Source: Salinivirgaceae bacterium (GTDB lineage Bacteria > Bacteroidota > Bacteroidia > Bacteroidales > Salinivirgaceae). From it: a DNA stretch of 64,000 bases. The DNA lies in the NCBI GenBank assembly GCA_027858775.1, contig JAQICA010000102.1, forward strand, positions 11,692 through 75,691. The letters are read 5' to 3'. The notes below the pieces were generated by a model that made no database searches, was not told where the DNA came from, and worked only from the letters and a program-made list of their open reading frames with translations. Positions 8,511 through 17,519 of the stretch are shown here, piece by piece; position 1 is the first letter of the stretch, and each line of letters opens with the position of its first letter. The translations under genes and the position numbers were made by a program.

Positions 8511-9668
8511 CTACTTAAACACGTCTTCCAACTTTGCGCTAAGCTCTTCTCCACGTAGATTTTTTGCAATAATCTTTCCTTCCGGATCAATTAAAAAACT
8601 AGCAGGAATAGCCTTCACATTATATGTTTCAGCAGCTTTTGACTCCCACATTTTCAAGTCACTCACATGCTTCCAGCTACCTATGCGGTCTTTACGAATA
8701 CCCGCTACCCACTCTTCTTTTTTCCGGTCGAGCGAAACCTGAAATATTTCAAATCCTTTCCATTTGTACTTCCAGTAATTTTTCACAAGACTTGGATTCT
8801 CAATGCGGCATGGACGACACCACGAGGCCCAAAAGTCGATAAGAACATATTTGCCACGCAACGATGAAAGCCGAATGGTATCGCCTTGTGGCGAGGGCAG
8901 TGCAATTTCAGGTGCAACAGCTCCAATGGCGAATTGCTGGCTAGCGGTCTGATTCCGTTCGATCTGGGTTTTAACTCTTTTCGTAAAACTACTCACCAAA
9001 CTACTAATTCGAGCATTTTTATATCTTGCTGCCAATGCTGTATCAACAATTTCGAAATATTTAAAATCACTTTCCGGATTAAAAACAGCCTCATTGGCCA
9101 CACGTAACGAAAGCGCAACGTACGAAGCCAACGGGTAGTTATTCTTTTTTATAAAACTCTCTAAAAAACGTCGTTCTTTTTGATATACTTTGCGGCTTTC
9201 AGCTTGGAGTTCTTTAATCAATACTTCTAAATTTGGACTACTCTCATTTGCCTGATAAACCATATTCAAACTATCGATAATATCTCCACTTTGTAAATTG
9301 TGCTTCATTATTTTCATTACCGCCTCATTTACTTCGGAGCCTTGTACATCATACGTAGCGGCAAGGTCATCGGCATCGGCAGTCACCTTTATATGATCAC
9401 CGGGTTTAATAAGCAAACGAATAAAATTCTGCTGATCGAGAAACAACACATAATCCGTAGGCTGATCGACAGTTAGATCAAACACAAAATCGCCATTGGA
9501 ATTAATAGCAGAAGAATCGGGTTGTGCTCCGCTCTCCAATAAATTAAGCAAGTATATTGTTTCATTATTGGCACCGTAAATTGTACCTTTCAGCTCATTG
9601 CCCGGCTCCTCTTTCTGACAAGCTCCCAATAATGTTATTACCAATATAAAAAACGTGATAATTCTCAT
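8511..9668 (-). CDS. TlpA-family disulfide reductase lipoprotein (DUF4369 + AhpC/TSA)
   Basis: Lipobox LGA-C; N-terminal DUF4369-like region; APEIALP...GKYVLIDFWASWCRPCRIENP. Confidence 0.92.
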   Translation of the reverse strand: MRIITFFILVITLLGACQKEEPGNELKGTIYGANNETIYLLNLLESGAQPDSSAINSNGDFVFDLTVDQPTDYVLFLDQQNFIRLLIKPGDHIKVTADADDLAATYDVQGSEVNEAVMKIMKHNLQSGDIIDSLNMVYQANESSPNLEVLIKELQAESRKVYQKERRFLESFIKKNNYPLASYVALSLRVANEAVFNPESDFKYFEIVDTALAARYKNARISSLVSSFTKRVKTQIERNQTASQQFAIGAVAPEIALPSPQGDTIRLSSLRGKYVLIDFWASWCRPCRIENPSLVKNYWKYKWKGFEIFQVSLDRKKEEWVAGIRKDRIGSWKHVSDLKMWESKAAETYNVKAIPASFLIDPEGKIIAKNLRGEELSAKLEDVFK

Positions 9669-9795
9669 GAGTATAAATTTAATTATTGTGATTAATAATT
9701 TAGTTGCAAACTAACAAAAACGTACGGGAAACGTTCAATTTGTGCGAAAACTTTTCCCGCAATGGTCGTTTACCGAAAATTCCGGTTAAAAATTC

Positions 9796-9803
9796 TAATT
9801 TTG
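9796..9803 (+). promoter_or_regulatory. -7 element (TAATTTTG) for ribF
   Basis: Exact TAnnTTTG match about 20 nt before the TTG start. Confidence 0.55.
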
Positions 9804-9824
9804 CATGGTTAAAAATCGATTGTT

Positions 9825-10757
9825 TTGAAAATATACAAAGATATAAAAGAAATTTCAATATCGAACCCGGTACTTGCCATGGGCACATTCGATGGGTTGC
9901 ACAAGGGTCACAGACATGTGCTCAACCAGTTAAAGGCTACTGCTGAGAAGGAACGCGGGGAAAGCGTTGTGCTTACATTTTGGCCGCACCCGCAAATGGT
10001 GCTGGGTAATGGCGATATTAAGCTCCTAAATTCAATTGAAGAAAAAACAGCCCTTTTCGAGCAAAATGGAATTGAACACCTTATCATTCTGAATTTCGAT
10101 AAAAAGCTTGCAGAGCAAACATACGATGATTTTGTTCAGGAAATTCTTATCGGACAAATCGGGATAAAGCATCTGGTATTTGGGTACGATCACCGTTTTG
10201 GCCACAAAGGAGAAGGCACATTCAACAATCTGAAACCATTGGCAAAAAAATTCAAGTTTACGTTACACCAGTTACATGAAGTTAGAGCCGGCCACGCTAT
10301 TTCGAGCACACGTATTCGCACAGCACTAACGCATGGACACGTAGCAGAAGCAGCCAAGATGCTGGAATATAATTATCAAATTACCGGGAATATTGTGCAT
10401 GGCCAAGAGCTAGGGAGAAAAATTGGGTTTCCCACTGCCAATATTGAAGTAACCTGCCCCTACAAATTAATTCCCCATATAGGCGTATATGCCTGTATGG
10501 CACATGTGGGAACAAAACAATGGCCCGCAATGATGAATATTGGCTATAAGCCAACAGTACAAAATAGAAATGAGCTTTCTATCGAAGCCCACTTAATAGA
10601 TTTTAATGGTGATCTATACGATGAGCCTCTAACAATAAAGTTTATCCGAAAAATTCGCGACGAAGTAAAATTCAACTCACTGAAAGATCTCTCAGCACAA
10701 CTAGAAATAGACAAACAAGAAACCTTCCAGCTTCTGAAACAGGATGAACTTTTGTAA
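9825..10757 (+). CDS. ribF: Bifunctional riboflavin kinase / FAD synthetase
   Basis: GTFDGLHKGH, VFGYDHRFG, ISSTRIR, GRKIGFPTAN and IEAHLIDFNGDLY motifs; TTG start. Confidence 0.96.
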   Translation: MKIYKDIKEISISNPVLAMGTFDGLHKGHRHVLNQLKATAEKERGESVVLTFWPHPQMVLGNGDIKLLNSIEEKTALFEQNGIEHLIILNFDKKLAEQTYDDFVQEILIGQIGIKHLVFGYDHRFGHKGEGTFNNLKPLAKKFKFTLHQLHEVRAGHAISSTRIRTALTHGHVAEAAKMLEYNYQITGNIVHGQELGRKIGFPTANIEVTCPYKLIPHIGVYACMAHVGTKQWPAMMNIGYKPTVQNRNELSIEAHLIDFNGDLYDEPLTIKFIRKIRDEVKFNSLKDLSAQLEIDKQETFQLLKQDELL

Positions 10758-10833
10758 CGAAATATGTTATAGGACTTCTTTTTTTCGTAGCCAAGCATGA
10801 CAAATAGCATCTTTTGACACTAAGGATTTGTTT

Positions 10834-10841
10834 TATATTTG
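10834..10841 (+). promoter_or_regulatory. -7 element (TATATTTG), with TTTG at 10813-10816
   Basis: Both Bacteroidota promoter boxes lie upstream of the ATG at 10868. Confidence 0.6.
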
Positions 10842-10867
10842 CCCCATAAACTTAACCAACTATTATT

Positions 10868-12031
10868 ATGAATGCTTTCTTCAAACTTAAACAAACAAGT
10901 TTCGTTAATCAGCGGCGATACGAGGCTTTTGTTTTTTTGCTTTTGTTTTCTTTGTTCTTCGGGTATTTAGGTCACCACATGGGTATTGCAAATTTACTGA
11001 ATACCATTATGAACACTGCCTGGGATTTGTTAATGAACACAGTATTTTTCATTATGGGAATTACTGTACTCAGTGGTGCCTTAGGTCGATTAATGATTGA
11101 GTTTGGTGTGGTGCGACTATTGGAGTTCCTGCTCAAACCCTTTATGCGCCCAATTTTCAACTTGCCAGGCGTTGCGGCTTTAGCCGGATTGATGACCTTT
11201 TTCTCAGATAATCCGGCAATTATAAGTTTGGCAAACGATAAAAATTTTAAAAAATATTTTCATGAATATGAGTTAGTTTCGTTAGCCAACTTCGGAACAG
11301 CATTTGGAATGGGGCTGATTGTACTAACTTTTATGGCCGGATTAGGCTTTTTTGGCCCCGCATTGGTTGGGTTATTCGGAGCAATTGTAGGCGCGGTAAT
11401 CAGCACCCGTTTAATGCAACGTTTAATACGTAACAAAATAACCAGCACAGACACTGAGGAGAGACGTGGAGAAGATAACGATATTCGTTTCAAAAGCGAA
11501 GGAAACACGTTCTTACGCTTTCTTAATGCTCTGCTCGATGGTGGAAAATCGGGCGTTGATTTAGGGCTGGCCATTATTCCCGGCGTATTAATAATCAGTA
11601 CCATGGTTATGATTGTCACGTTTGGCCCCAAAGAAGCAGCATTAGGCTATCAAGGACTGGCATACGAAGGTGTTCCTATTTTACCTAAGCTAGCCGGATA
11701 TGCAAGCGGAGTATTTGAGTTCTTATTTGGATTTACAAGTCCTGAACTTATTGCTTTTCCCATTACAGCACTAGGGGCAGTAGGGGCTGCATTATCGCTT
11801 GTAAAGGCTTTTCTGGCTGAAGGCCTGATAACTGGAAATGTAATTGCCGTTTTCACTGCAATGGGAATGACCTGGAGTGGCTACCTGAGTACACATACTG
11901 CAATGCTTGACACACTGGGGCATCGATCACTAACATCTAAGGCATTATTGGCGCATACTATTGGTGGAATTTTTGCCGGAATTGTAGCCAATTATGCATA
12001 CAAACTTGTTATATACGCTGGCATTTTATAG
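10868..12031 (+). CDS. Polytopic membrane protein with nucleoside-recognition (Gate) repeats, CD0519/CD1768-like
   Basis: About 10 hydrophobic segments; 'PFMRPIFNLPGVAA..TFFSDNPAI', 'NFGTAFGMGLI' and 'GYLSTHTAML' recall the clostridial CD0519/CD1768 family (from memory). Confidence 0.7.
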   Translation: MNAFFKLKQTSFVNQRRYEAFVFLLLFSLFFGYLGHHMGIANLLNTIMNTAWDLLMNTVFFIMGITVLSGALGRLMIEFGVVRLLEFLLKPFMRPIFNLPGVAALAGLMTFFSDNPAIISLANDKNFKKYFHEYELVSLANFGTAFGMGLIVLTFMAGLGFFGPALVGLFGAIVGAVISTRLMQRLIRNKITSTDTEERRGEDNDIRFKSEGNTFLRFLNALLDGGKSGVDLGLAIIPGVLIISTMVMIVTFGPKEAALGYQGLAYEGVPILPKLAGYASGVFEFLFGFTSPELIAFPITALGAVGAALSLVKAFLAEGLITGNVIAVFTAMGMTWSGYLSTHTAMLDTLGHRSLTSKALLAHTIGGIFAGIVANYAYKLVIYAGIL

Positions 12032-12062
12032 CAAATATTTGCAAAAGCGATAAAACTCAAAA

Positions 12063-12108
12063 ATTAACCCGCATTATTCACTGATAATTTTGAATAATGC
12101 GGGTTAAT
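12063..12108. terminator. 18-bp perfect stem-loop between convergent genes
   Basis: ATTAACCCGCATTATTCA-(10 nt)-TGAATAATGCGGGTTAAT. Confidence 0.65.
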
Positions 12109-12241
12109 AGTTCCTATAAATAACGTAAATGCGTACAACTATCTAAAAAAAACCAAAATTTAACTGAAAAATTCTCAAAACGCACGCACTAACTATTTGT
12201 TTTGGTTTAAGTATCGGTAATTTCAATATCTGGCAATAGTA

Positions 12242-13744
12242 TTAAAAAACAAACGATTCAGCATATTCTTCACCACTACTGCACAAATACTTCACTACAT
12301 ACACGCCACCAGATAGTCGTTTTGGCAATGAAAAACATTGCTGACTAACATTTTGCTGTAACACAGTTTCCCCTATCGAATTGACAATTATTAGTTGACC
12401 ACCAGGCGCATTGTTAAAGTGCAGTGAATGCGAATGCCGATTATAATAAAAACTCACGACTGGGGTACGCTGCAAAAGAATATTTCCAACGGGTTTACAA
12501 CTATTCCAGAAAAAGTCGCCAATTACATCAAAAACTTGTTCTTCTATACTGTAAAAGGCCGATTGGTCTCCATATTCGTAACCTCCGGCATAGTATCCAT
12601 TGGTTAGGAAAATAAGACCAAATTGCTTTTCCTTTTCAAAATACATATCGGAAATAAGGCCATAAGCCTCGCCCGGGTGGCCAATCATCGGAACATCATT
12701 AAAAACAATATCGCCCATGGGCCGTCCGGTAGTTAAATGCAGCCCAAGTCCCCAGCTATTGAACAGATTGTAATAATTATTACCGTTTGTTCCATCATAT
12801 GTCCATACCGGGGAGTGCATCAGTTGGGCAGCTGGAGCCGAAAGCACCTGAACTTGCTCATATGTTCCATTATTTGCATGAAGTGCCATAAATTTCAACA
12901 GATCGGGAGTTGTAATACGTAATCCACCTTGTGGAGCAAAAACAACCCCATTTGTACCAACGGTATAAGAGTCTGCATCGAATGGATCGGGTGCTACACC
13001 CTGATAATTATCGGCCTGAGCTACAGCATTCCGGTATAGCACCGCCACCTGACCAATATCACCGATGTCGTCAATATTAAAGCTTCCGCTAATACCGAGG
13101 GGTTCAAGAATGCGATTTTTTACAAATTCATCAAAACGCACACCACTTATCTGCTCAATGAGAGTAGCAATTACACCATAGTTTATATTACTGTAATTGA
13201 AATAATTCCCCGGCTTTGTATTGAGCCACATATTACTTGTAAAATATCCACCACTTTGCTGCAATAGCTCACTAATATGCGGCGGTGTGGCTTGATTGTA
13301 CGTATCACTTAAAAACTGCTGGTATCCCGACCCATCAGACAAACCCGATGTATGTGAAAGCAGCATAGTGAAAGTAATTTCTGAGTTGGGGTAATTGGGA
13401 TTACTAATATCAAAATCGAGATACGAATTAATATTATCGTTCAATTGGAACCATCCTTCATCGTAGAGCACCATTAAAGCCGTAGCAGTAACCGTTTTGG
13501 AAATTGATGCAATTCGGTAGTACGTTTGATCTGATGTTTTAATATTTCGATCAATATCGGATAATCCATAGTGATAGGAATCGATCATTTGTCCGTTACA
13601 CATCGCAATTACCGACATACCCACAAGGTTGTTGGCTTGTGCTACGTTTCCGAGTTCTTGTTGAAAAGTCTGCGCAAAATTTTTCCCGGAGACCAATAAA
13701 AAGAAACAAAAAAAGACAAGTAAAAGATTGCGAAAGGATTTCAT
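12242..13744 (-). CDS. Serine hydrolase (beta-lactamase class C / D-peptidase fold) with probable T9SS C-terminal domain
   Basis: SxxK (IASISK), YxN (YSNINY), GHPG; signal peptide from MKSF; C-terminal 'IVNSIGETV...GGVYVVK' is CTD-like. Confidence 0.85.
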   Translation of the reverse strand: MKSFRNLLLVFFCFFLLVSGKNFAQTFQQELGNVAQANNLVGMSVIAMCNGQMIDSYHYGLSDIDRNIKTSDQTYYRIASISKTVTATALMVLYDEGWFQLNDNINSYLDFDISNPNYPNSEITFTMLLSHTSGLSDGSGYQQFLSDTYNQATPPHISELLQQSGGYFTSNMWLNTKPGNYFNYSNINYGVIATLIEQISGVRFDEFVKNRILEPLGISGSFNIDDIGDIGQVAVLYRNAVAQADNYQGVAPDPFDADSYTVGTNGVVFAPQGGLRITTPDLLKFMALHANNGTYEQVQVLSAPAAQLMHSPVWTYDGTNGNNYYNLFNSWGLGLHLTTGRPMGDIVFNDVPMIGHPGEAYGLISDMYFEKEKQFGLIFLTNGYYAGGYEYGDQSAFYSIEEQVFDVIGDFFWNSCKPVGNILLQRTPVVSFYYNRHSHSLHFNNAPGGQLIIVNSIGETVLQQNVSQQCFSLPKRLSGGVYVVKYLCSSGEEYAESFVF

Positions 13745-13760
13745 GAGCTGAGCAATGGGG

Positions 13761-16244
13761 TTAAAATTCAATTTTCATTTGTGCTCGAAATCCAAATCGG
13801 GGTATTTTAGCATAATTTTCTGCCCCTTCGGGCATATCGAGATACGAAAGTCGCCACATGGCATCGATTCGGAATAGGGTGAAAATATTCTCAATTCCTG
13901 CACTGGCTTCCATGTATGGCTCTTTTAGTCCACGCAAATTGTCAGGAAAAACCATTTCATGGCGGTTACGATCACTTACACGACCCACAAGCATTTTACC
14001 GGCTACCACTTCGCGCCACTTCAATTTGCGAAAAAGCGGAATGCGATTTAGGAAAACCCCTTCAAAATGATGCTCTGCAAGCAAACTCACATAACGATCG
14101 CTAACAAATTCGTAATAATTCATCATATTAAATGCGTAATCGTCGTACGCGTAAGTTTCATTTCCTTCGTGCAATTGAAGTATAGGGTATGGTGCCACCC
14201 CAAAGTAATAACCGGCGTCGACAATGTAGCGAAACCGACCAATGGGGTTAATATTAAAACTATGATCGATGCTGGCGTGAATTTTATAATATTCGTACCG
14301 GCTCTTGAGCACATCATTTAATCCGATGATAAAATCTAAATTAAAAACCGGGTATTTCGTTCCAAGACTGACCCGTTCGAACTCCCCCATGAGGAATTTC
14401 TCATTATATGCAAAGCGGGTATTTAAACGTATTTCTGTGCTCGAAACCTGACTAAAGGTTGTAGTATCGGCTCCTGAAACTGTTTGAAAAGGAACATATT
14501 CAGTACCAAACACTCTTCGGGTAGAGACATTCAGTGTACTCGAGAAACCTTGATACCATTCATATTCATAGAAGGCTGAGGCCTCATTTACCATAGTGAG
14601 TTTTTTATTATATGTGCGTTGTAAAAAAGAAGCCAGAATATTGTCTTGCGTAAATGCATTTTGGCTAATTCCCAACTGCTCCATATCGTGTTTTACATCG
14701 AAGCCAAACGAGCGACGCGGATTCTTATCGAGCATATACAGCATGCCAAAAGCGCCTTTAAATCGTTCATCTTTTCCGCCATATGCTGCATGAGTTGTAA
14801 ACATCACCGTTGTGCTAAACTCGTTGCTTGTGCGGCCACCAAACCGCACACGATTTCCTTCAATGGCATTGAAACTATAGAGTTTGTAGTAGGGGCCTAT
14901 TTCGAACAAACCAATCACGTAATGTCCTGTAATAGCGGTATTCACAACATCAATCCATGTTTTAAACATGGGAACCTCCTTAATAGAGTCGACCATATTA
15001 TAAATATTGCTTTCCTTTACTGTGAGTTGCTCATGCCTATTTGCGTTCCAAAATGCAGGATCTTTATCCATTATACTATCTGCGGTAATGGTTTCCTGCG
15101 CTACGTGCGAATTAATAAAATCTTCTTCGAAGTCGACATTGAGATTTACATTACGGTAAGATGTGGTTTTTCGACCAAAAATACCTGTGGTTTTCTCTGC
15201 AATATTAAAATCGATAAAATAGTGTTCACGCTTAATAAACCAAAGTGAATCTTGCACCTTCTGATATTCAATTTCGGCATATAAATCGTTTAAGAAATTA
15301 ATATTTGCATCATCGACAATTCGAACGTTAATCTTTTGTACAGCAAATGTGGTATCGTGCACCCAAAAATCGCCCGTAAACGTGGGTTCTTGTTTTCGTT
15401 TTGGTGTAAATGAAATTTGATAGCACCAATTATTATCCACAAACATGGAATCAACCAAATAATATTTATAATACATTTTACCGAAAGAGGCAATAGGACT
15501 AACGAATCCCTTTCCGAAGATGCTTATAAAATTCTCATAAACATTCACCTTTAGATACATTTGCCCGGTAAATTCTGAAATTTTTTCGTTTTTCACACCG
15601 GAAATACTACTTCCATGGATTACTTCTTTTTCTTTTTTTGGCGACTTATTGTAATAAAAATCGGAGATGGTTTCCGTAATAAAAACAGGCAAGTAACTTT
15701 TTCCTGTTACTGCACTGGTGTCAATGTAATCGAAAACAAACTGAAATTGATTAAACAACCTGCTTTCTTTAAAATTATCGTCAATATTACTTAAGTCGAT
15801 TTCCATTTTGTTGTACACTTCGTACTGGTAGGTTTCAAATCTATCGGGATTGTTTCGACTACGGTTTTCATCTATTTTACGCAATAGTACATGAGCCGGA
15901 TTTTCGCCCGGCAAAATAACGACCTCCTCCAATTGGAGACTTAAGGAATACATGCCTATATTTATTTCCTGGAATCGATTTTCCTGAACCGCAAACGCCT
16001 CTTTGTGATAACCAACGTACGAAAACACAATAGAATCGGCTTTCACCTTGGTTTCTATAAAATACGCCCCTTCCATATCGGTAATCACACCTACAGAAGT
16101 GCCTTTAACAGAAACATTTACAAAAGGCAAAGGCTCTCCGGTATCGGCATCGGTTACTGTGCCACGAACTTTAGTTTGTGCAACCAGTTGAACACTCGCC
16201 AGCCAAAACAGAAGAAAAAATATGAAAGATTTCCGGAATCCCAT
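13761..16244 (-). CDS. DUF5686 family outer-membrane protein with N-terminal carboxypeptidase-regulatory-like domain
   Basis: Signal peptide; 'VRGTVTDADTGEPLPFVNV...FSYVGY' N-domain; 'YQYEVYNK' and 'YYKYYL' segments; beta-rich C-terminus ending in Phe. Confidence 0.8.
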   Translation of the reverse strand: MGFRKSFIFFLLFWLASVQLVAQTKVRGTVTDADTGEPLPFVNVSVKGTSVGVITDMEGAYFIETKVKADSIVFSYVGYHKEAFAVQENRFQEINIGMYSLSLQLEEVVILPGENPAHVLLRKIDENRSRNNPDRFETYQYEVYNKMEIDLSNIDDNFKESRLFNQFQFVFDYIDTSAVTGKSYLPVFITETISDFYYNKSPKKEKEVIHGSSISGVKNEKISEFTGQMYLKVNVYENFISIFGKGFVSPIASFGKMYYKYYLVDSMFVDNNWCYQISFTPKRKQEPTFTGDFWVHDTTFAVQKINVRIVDDANINFLNDLYAEIEYQKVQDSLWFIKREHYFIDFNIAEKTTGIFGRKTTSYRNVNLNVDFEEDFINSHVAQETITADSIMDKDPAFWNANRHEQLTVKESNIYNMVDSIKEVPMFKTWIDVVNTAITGHYVIGLFEIGPYYKLYSFNAIEGNRVRFGGRTSNEFSTTVMFTTHAAYGGKDERFKGAFGMLYMLDKNPRRSFGFDVKHDMEQLGISQNAFTQDNILASFLQRTYNKKLTMVNEASAFYEYEWYQGFSSTLNVSTRRVFGTEYVPFQTVSGADTTTFSQVSSTEIRLNTRFAYNEKFLMGEFERVSLGTKYPVFNLDFIIGLNDVLKSRYEYYKIHASIDHSFNINPIGRFRYIVDAGYYFGVAPYPILQLHEGNETYAYDDYAFNMMNYYEFVSDRYVSLLAEHHFEGVFLNRIPLFRKLKWREVVAGKMLVGRVSDRNRHEMVFPDNLRGLKEPYMEASAGIENIFTLFRIDAMWRLSYLDMPEGAENYAKIPRFGFRAQMKIEF

Positions 16245-16978
16245 TATCTGTTTTTCCGCAATTGAAAGTTTTTACCAAGGTATAACCGTCTTACTTGTTC
16301 GTCTCCGGCAAGTTCTTCGGCAGTTCCCTTTTTCAGGATATTGCCTTCGAAAAGCAAGTACGCACGGTCTGTAATAGAAAGTGTCTCGTGTACATTATGG
16401 TCGGTAATTAAAATTCCAATATTTTTATCGCGCAGCTTGAAAATAATTTGCTGTATATCCTCCACCGCAATGGGATCGACACCTGCAAAAGGTTCATCGA
16501 GCAAAATAAACGACGGATTTAGCGCCAGTGCCCTTGCTATTTCTGTTCGTCTACGTTCGCCACCAGAAAGCTGTATGCCTAAATTTTTTCGGCGTTGTGT
16601 TAAATTAAACTCTTCCAACAGCATTTCTAACCGGTCTTTACGCATTTTCTTGCTATATCCGGCCATTTCCATAACCGAAACAATATTGTCTTCGACCGAC
16701 ATTTTGCGGAATACCGAAGCTTCTTGCGCCAAATATCCAACACCTTTTTTTGCACGCTCGTACACGGGCATATTCGTGATATCCTGATCGTCGAGAAATA
16801 TTCGGCCAGCATTTGGAGTAATTAGTCCCACAATCATGTAAAACGAGGTTGTTTTTCCTGCACCGTTAGGTCCTAACAGCCCTACAATTTCACCCTGTTT
16901 CACTTCAACCGAAACTCCTTTCACTACTGTTAAGCGTCCATATTTTTTGACAATATTTTTCGTATACAATGTTTTCAT
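16244..16978 (-). CDS. lptB: LPS export ABC transporter ATP-binding protein
   Basis: [49 protein letters not shown] and LITDHNV motifs; start MKTL at 16978. Confidence 0.96.
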   Translation of the reverse strand: MKTLYTKNIVKKYGRLTVVKGVSVEVKQGEIVGLLGPNGAGKTTSFYMIVGLITPNAGRIFLDDQDITNMPVYERAKKGVGYLAQEASVFRKMSVEDNIVSVMEMAGYSKKMRKDRLEMLLEEFNLTQRRKNLGIQLSGGERRRTEIARALALNPSFILLDEPFAGVDPIAVEDIQQIIFKLRDKNIGILITDHNVHETLSITDRAYLLFEGNILKKGTAEELAGDEQVRRLYLGKNFQLRKNR

Positions 16979-17068
16979 TTGAAGCCTCTTTTTAATTCGT
17001 AAACCCAACAAATGCTATATTTCACAATTTTATAAGTTGTCCATTTCGCAGTTTGTTCCTAAAAAATA

Positions 17069-17076
17069 CAAAAATA
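17069..17076 (-). promoter_or_regulatory. -7 element (TATTTTTG) for the lptB operon
   Basis: Exact TAnnTTTG match on the minus strand, about 90 nt upstream of lptB. Confidence 0.45.
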
Positions 17077-17133
17077 GGTGAATTTAGCGTTGTTCGAAAC
17101 ATAAATTTACCTTATTTTTAAAGAAAAAATATT

Positions 17134-17340
17134 ATGACCAATAACATCATTCTAATTGCACTTGCCGTAATTTTTGCTCTGGTTCTGTTTTTACTCGTTG
17201 AAATATACAGGCTACGCCGCAAATTCAGAGAATCGGAAATCGATGCAATTCAGCAGGTTAACCTAACCATTAAAAGTCTTGATACTGAAGTACAACAACT
17301 TAAAAAGGACTTGTACGACACAGTAGACAAGAAAAAATAG
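17134..17340 (+). CDS. Small single-pass membrane protein with coiled-coil tail
   Basis: 68 aa; A-rich initiation region, N-terminal hydrophobic helix followed by RLRRK, heptad-like C-terminus. Confidence 0.6.
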   Translation: MTNNIILIALAVIFALVLFLLVEIYRLRRKFRESEIDAIQQVNLTIKSLDTEVQQLKKDLYDTVDKKK

Positions 17341-17519
17341 AACGAGGCGAATATACAACAACCCGCTAAAAGATCTCTTTCTACAAGCATTTAAATGCTG
17401 TATGCGGTGCGTTATGTGCATTTTTTTGCGCATGAAGTGCATCTTTCGAATGTCGGATGCAAATCGCGGAATGAATTTAACAACCAGAGAACGTACTTAC
17501 CTTTCTCACGCCGTGATAT

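Noticed and set aside
8491-8742. ORF starting inside the repeat element
   Set aside because: Runs antisense into tlpA and the ATG is simply part of the element arm
9669-9824. Possible FMN riboswitch upstream of ribF
   Set aside because: The -7 box lies only about 20 nt before the start and no RFN motifs are present
17415-17519. In-frame continuation after the lolE stop ending in a Cys-rich tail (RCTSCAKKCT)
   Set aside because: The stop is TAA, lolE ends at its normal C-terminus, and there is no recoding signal
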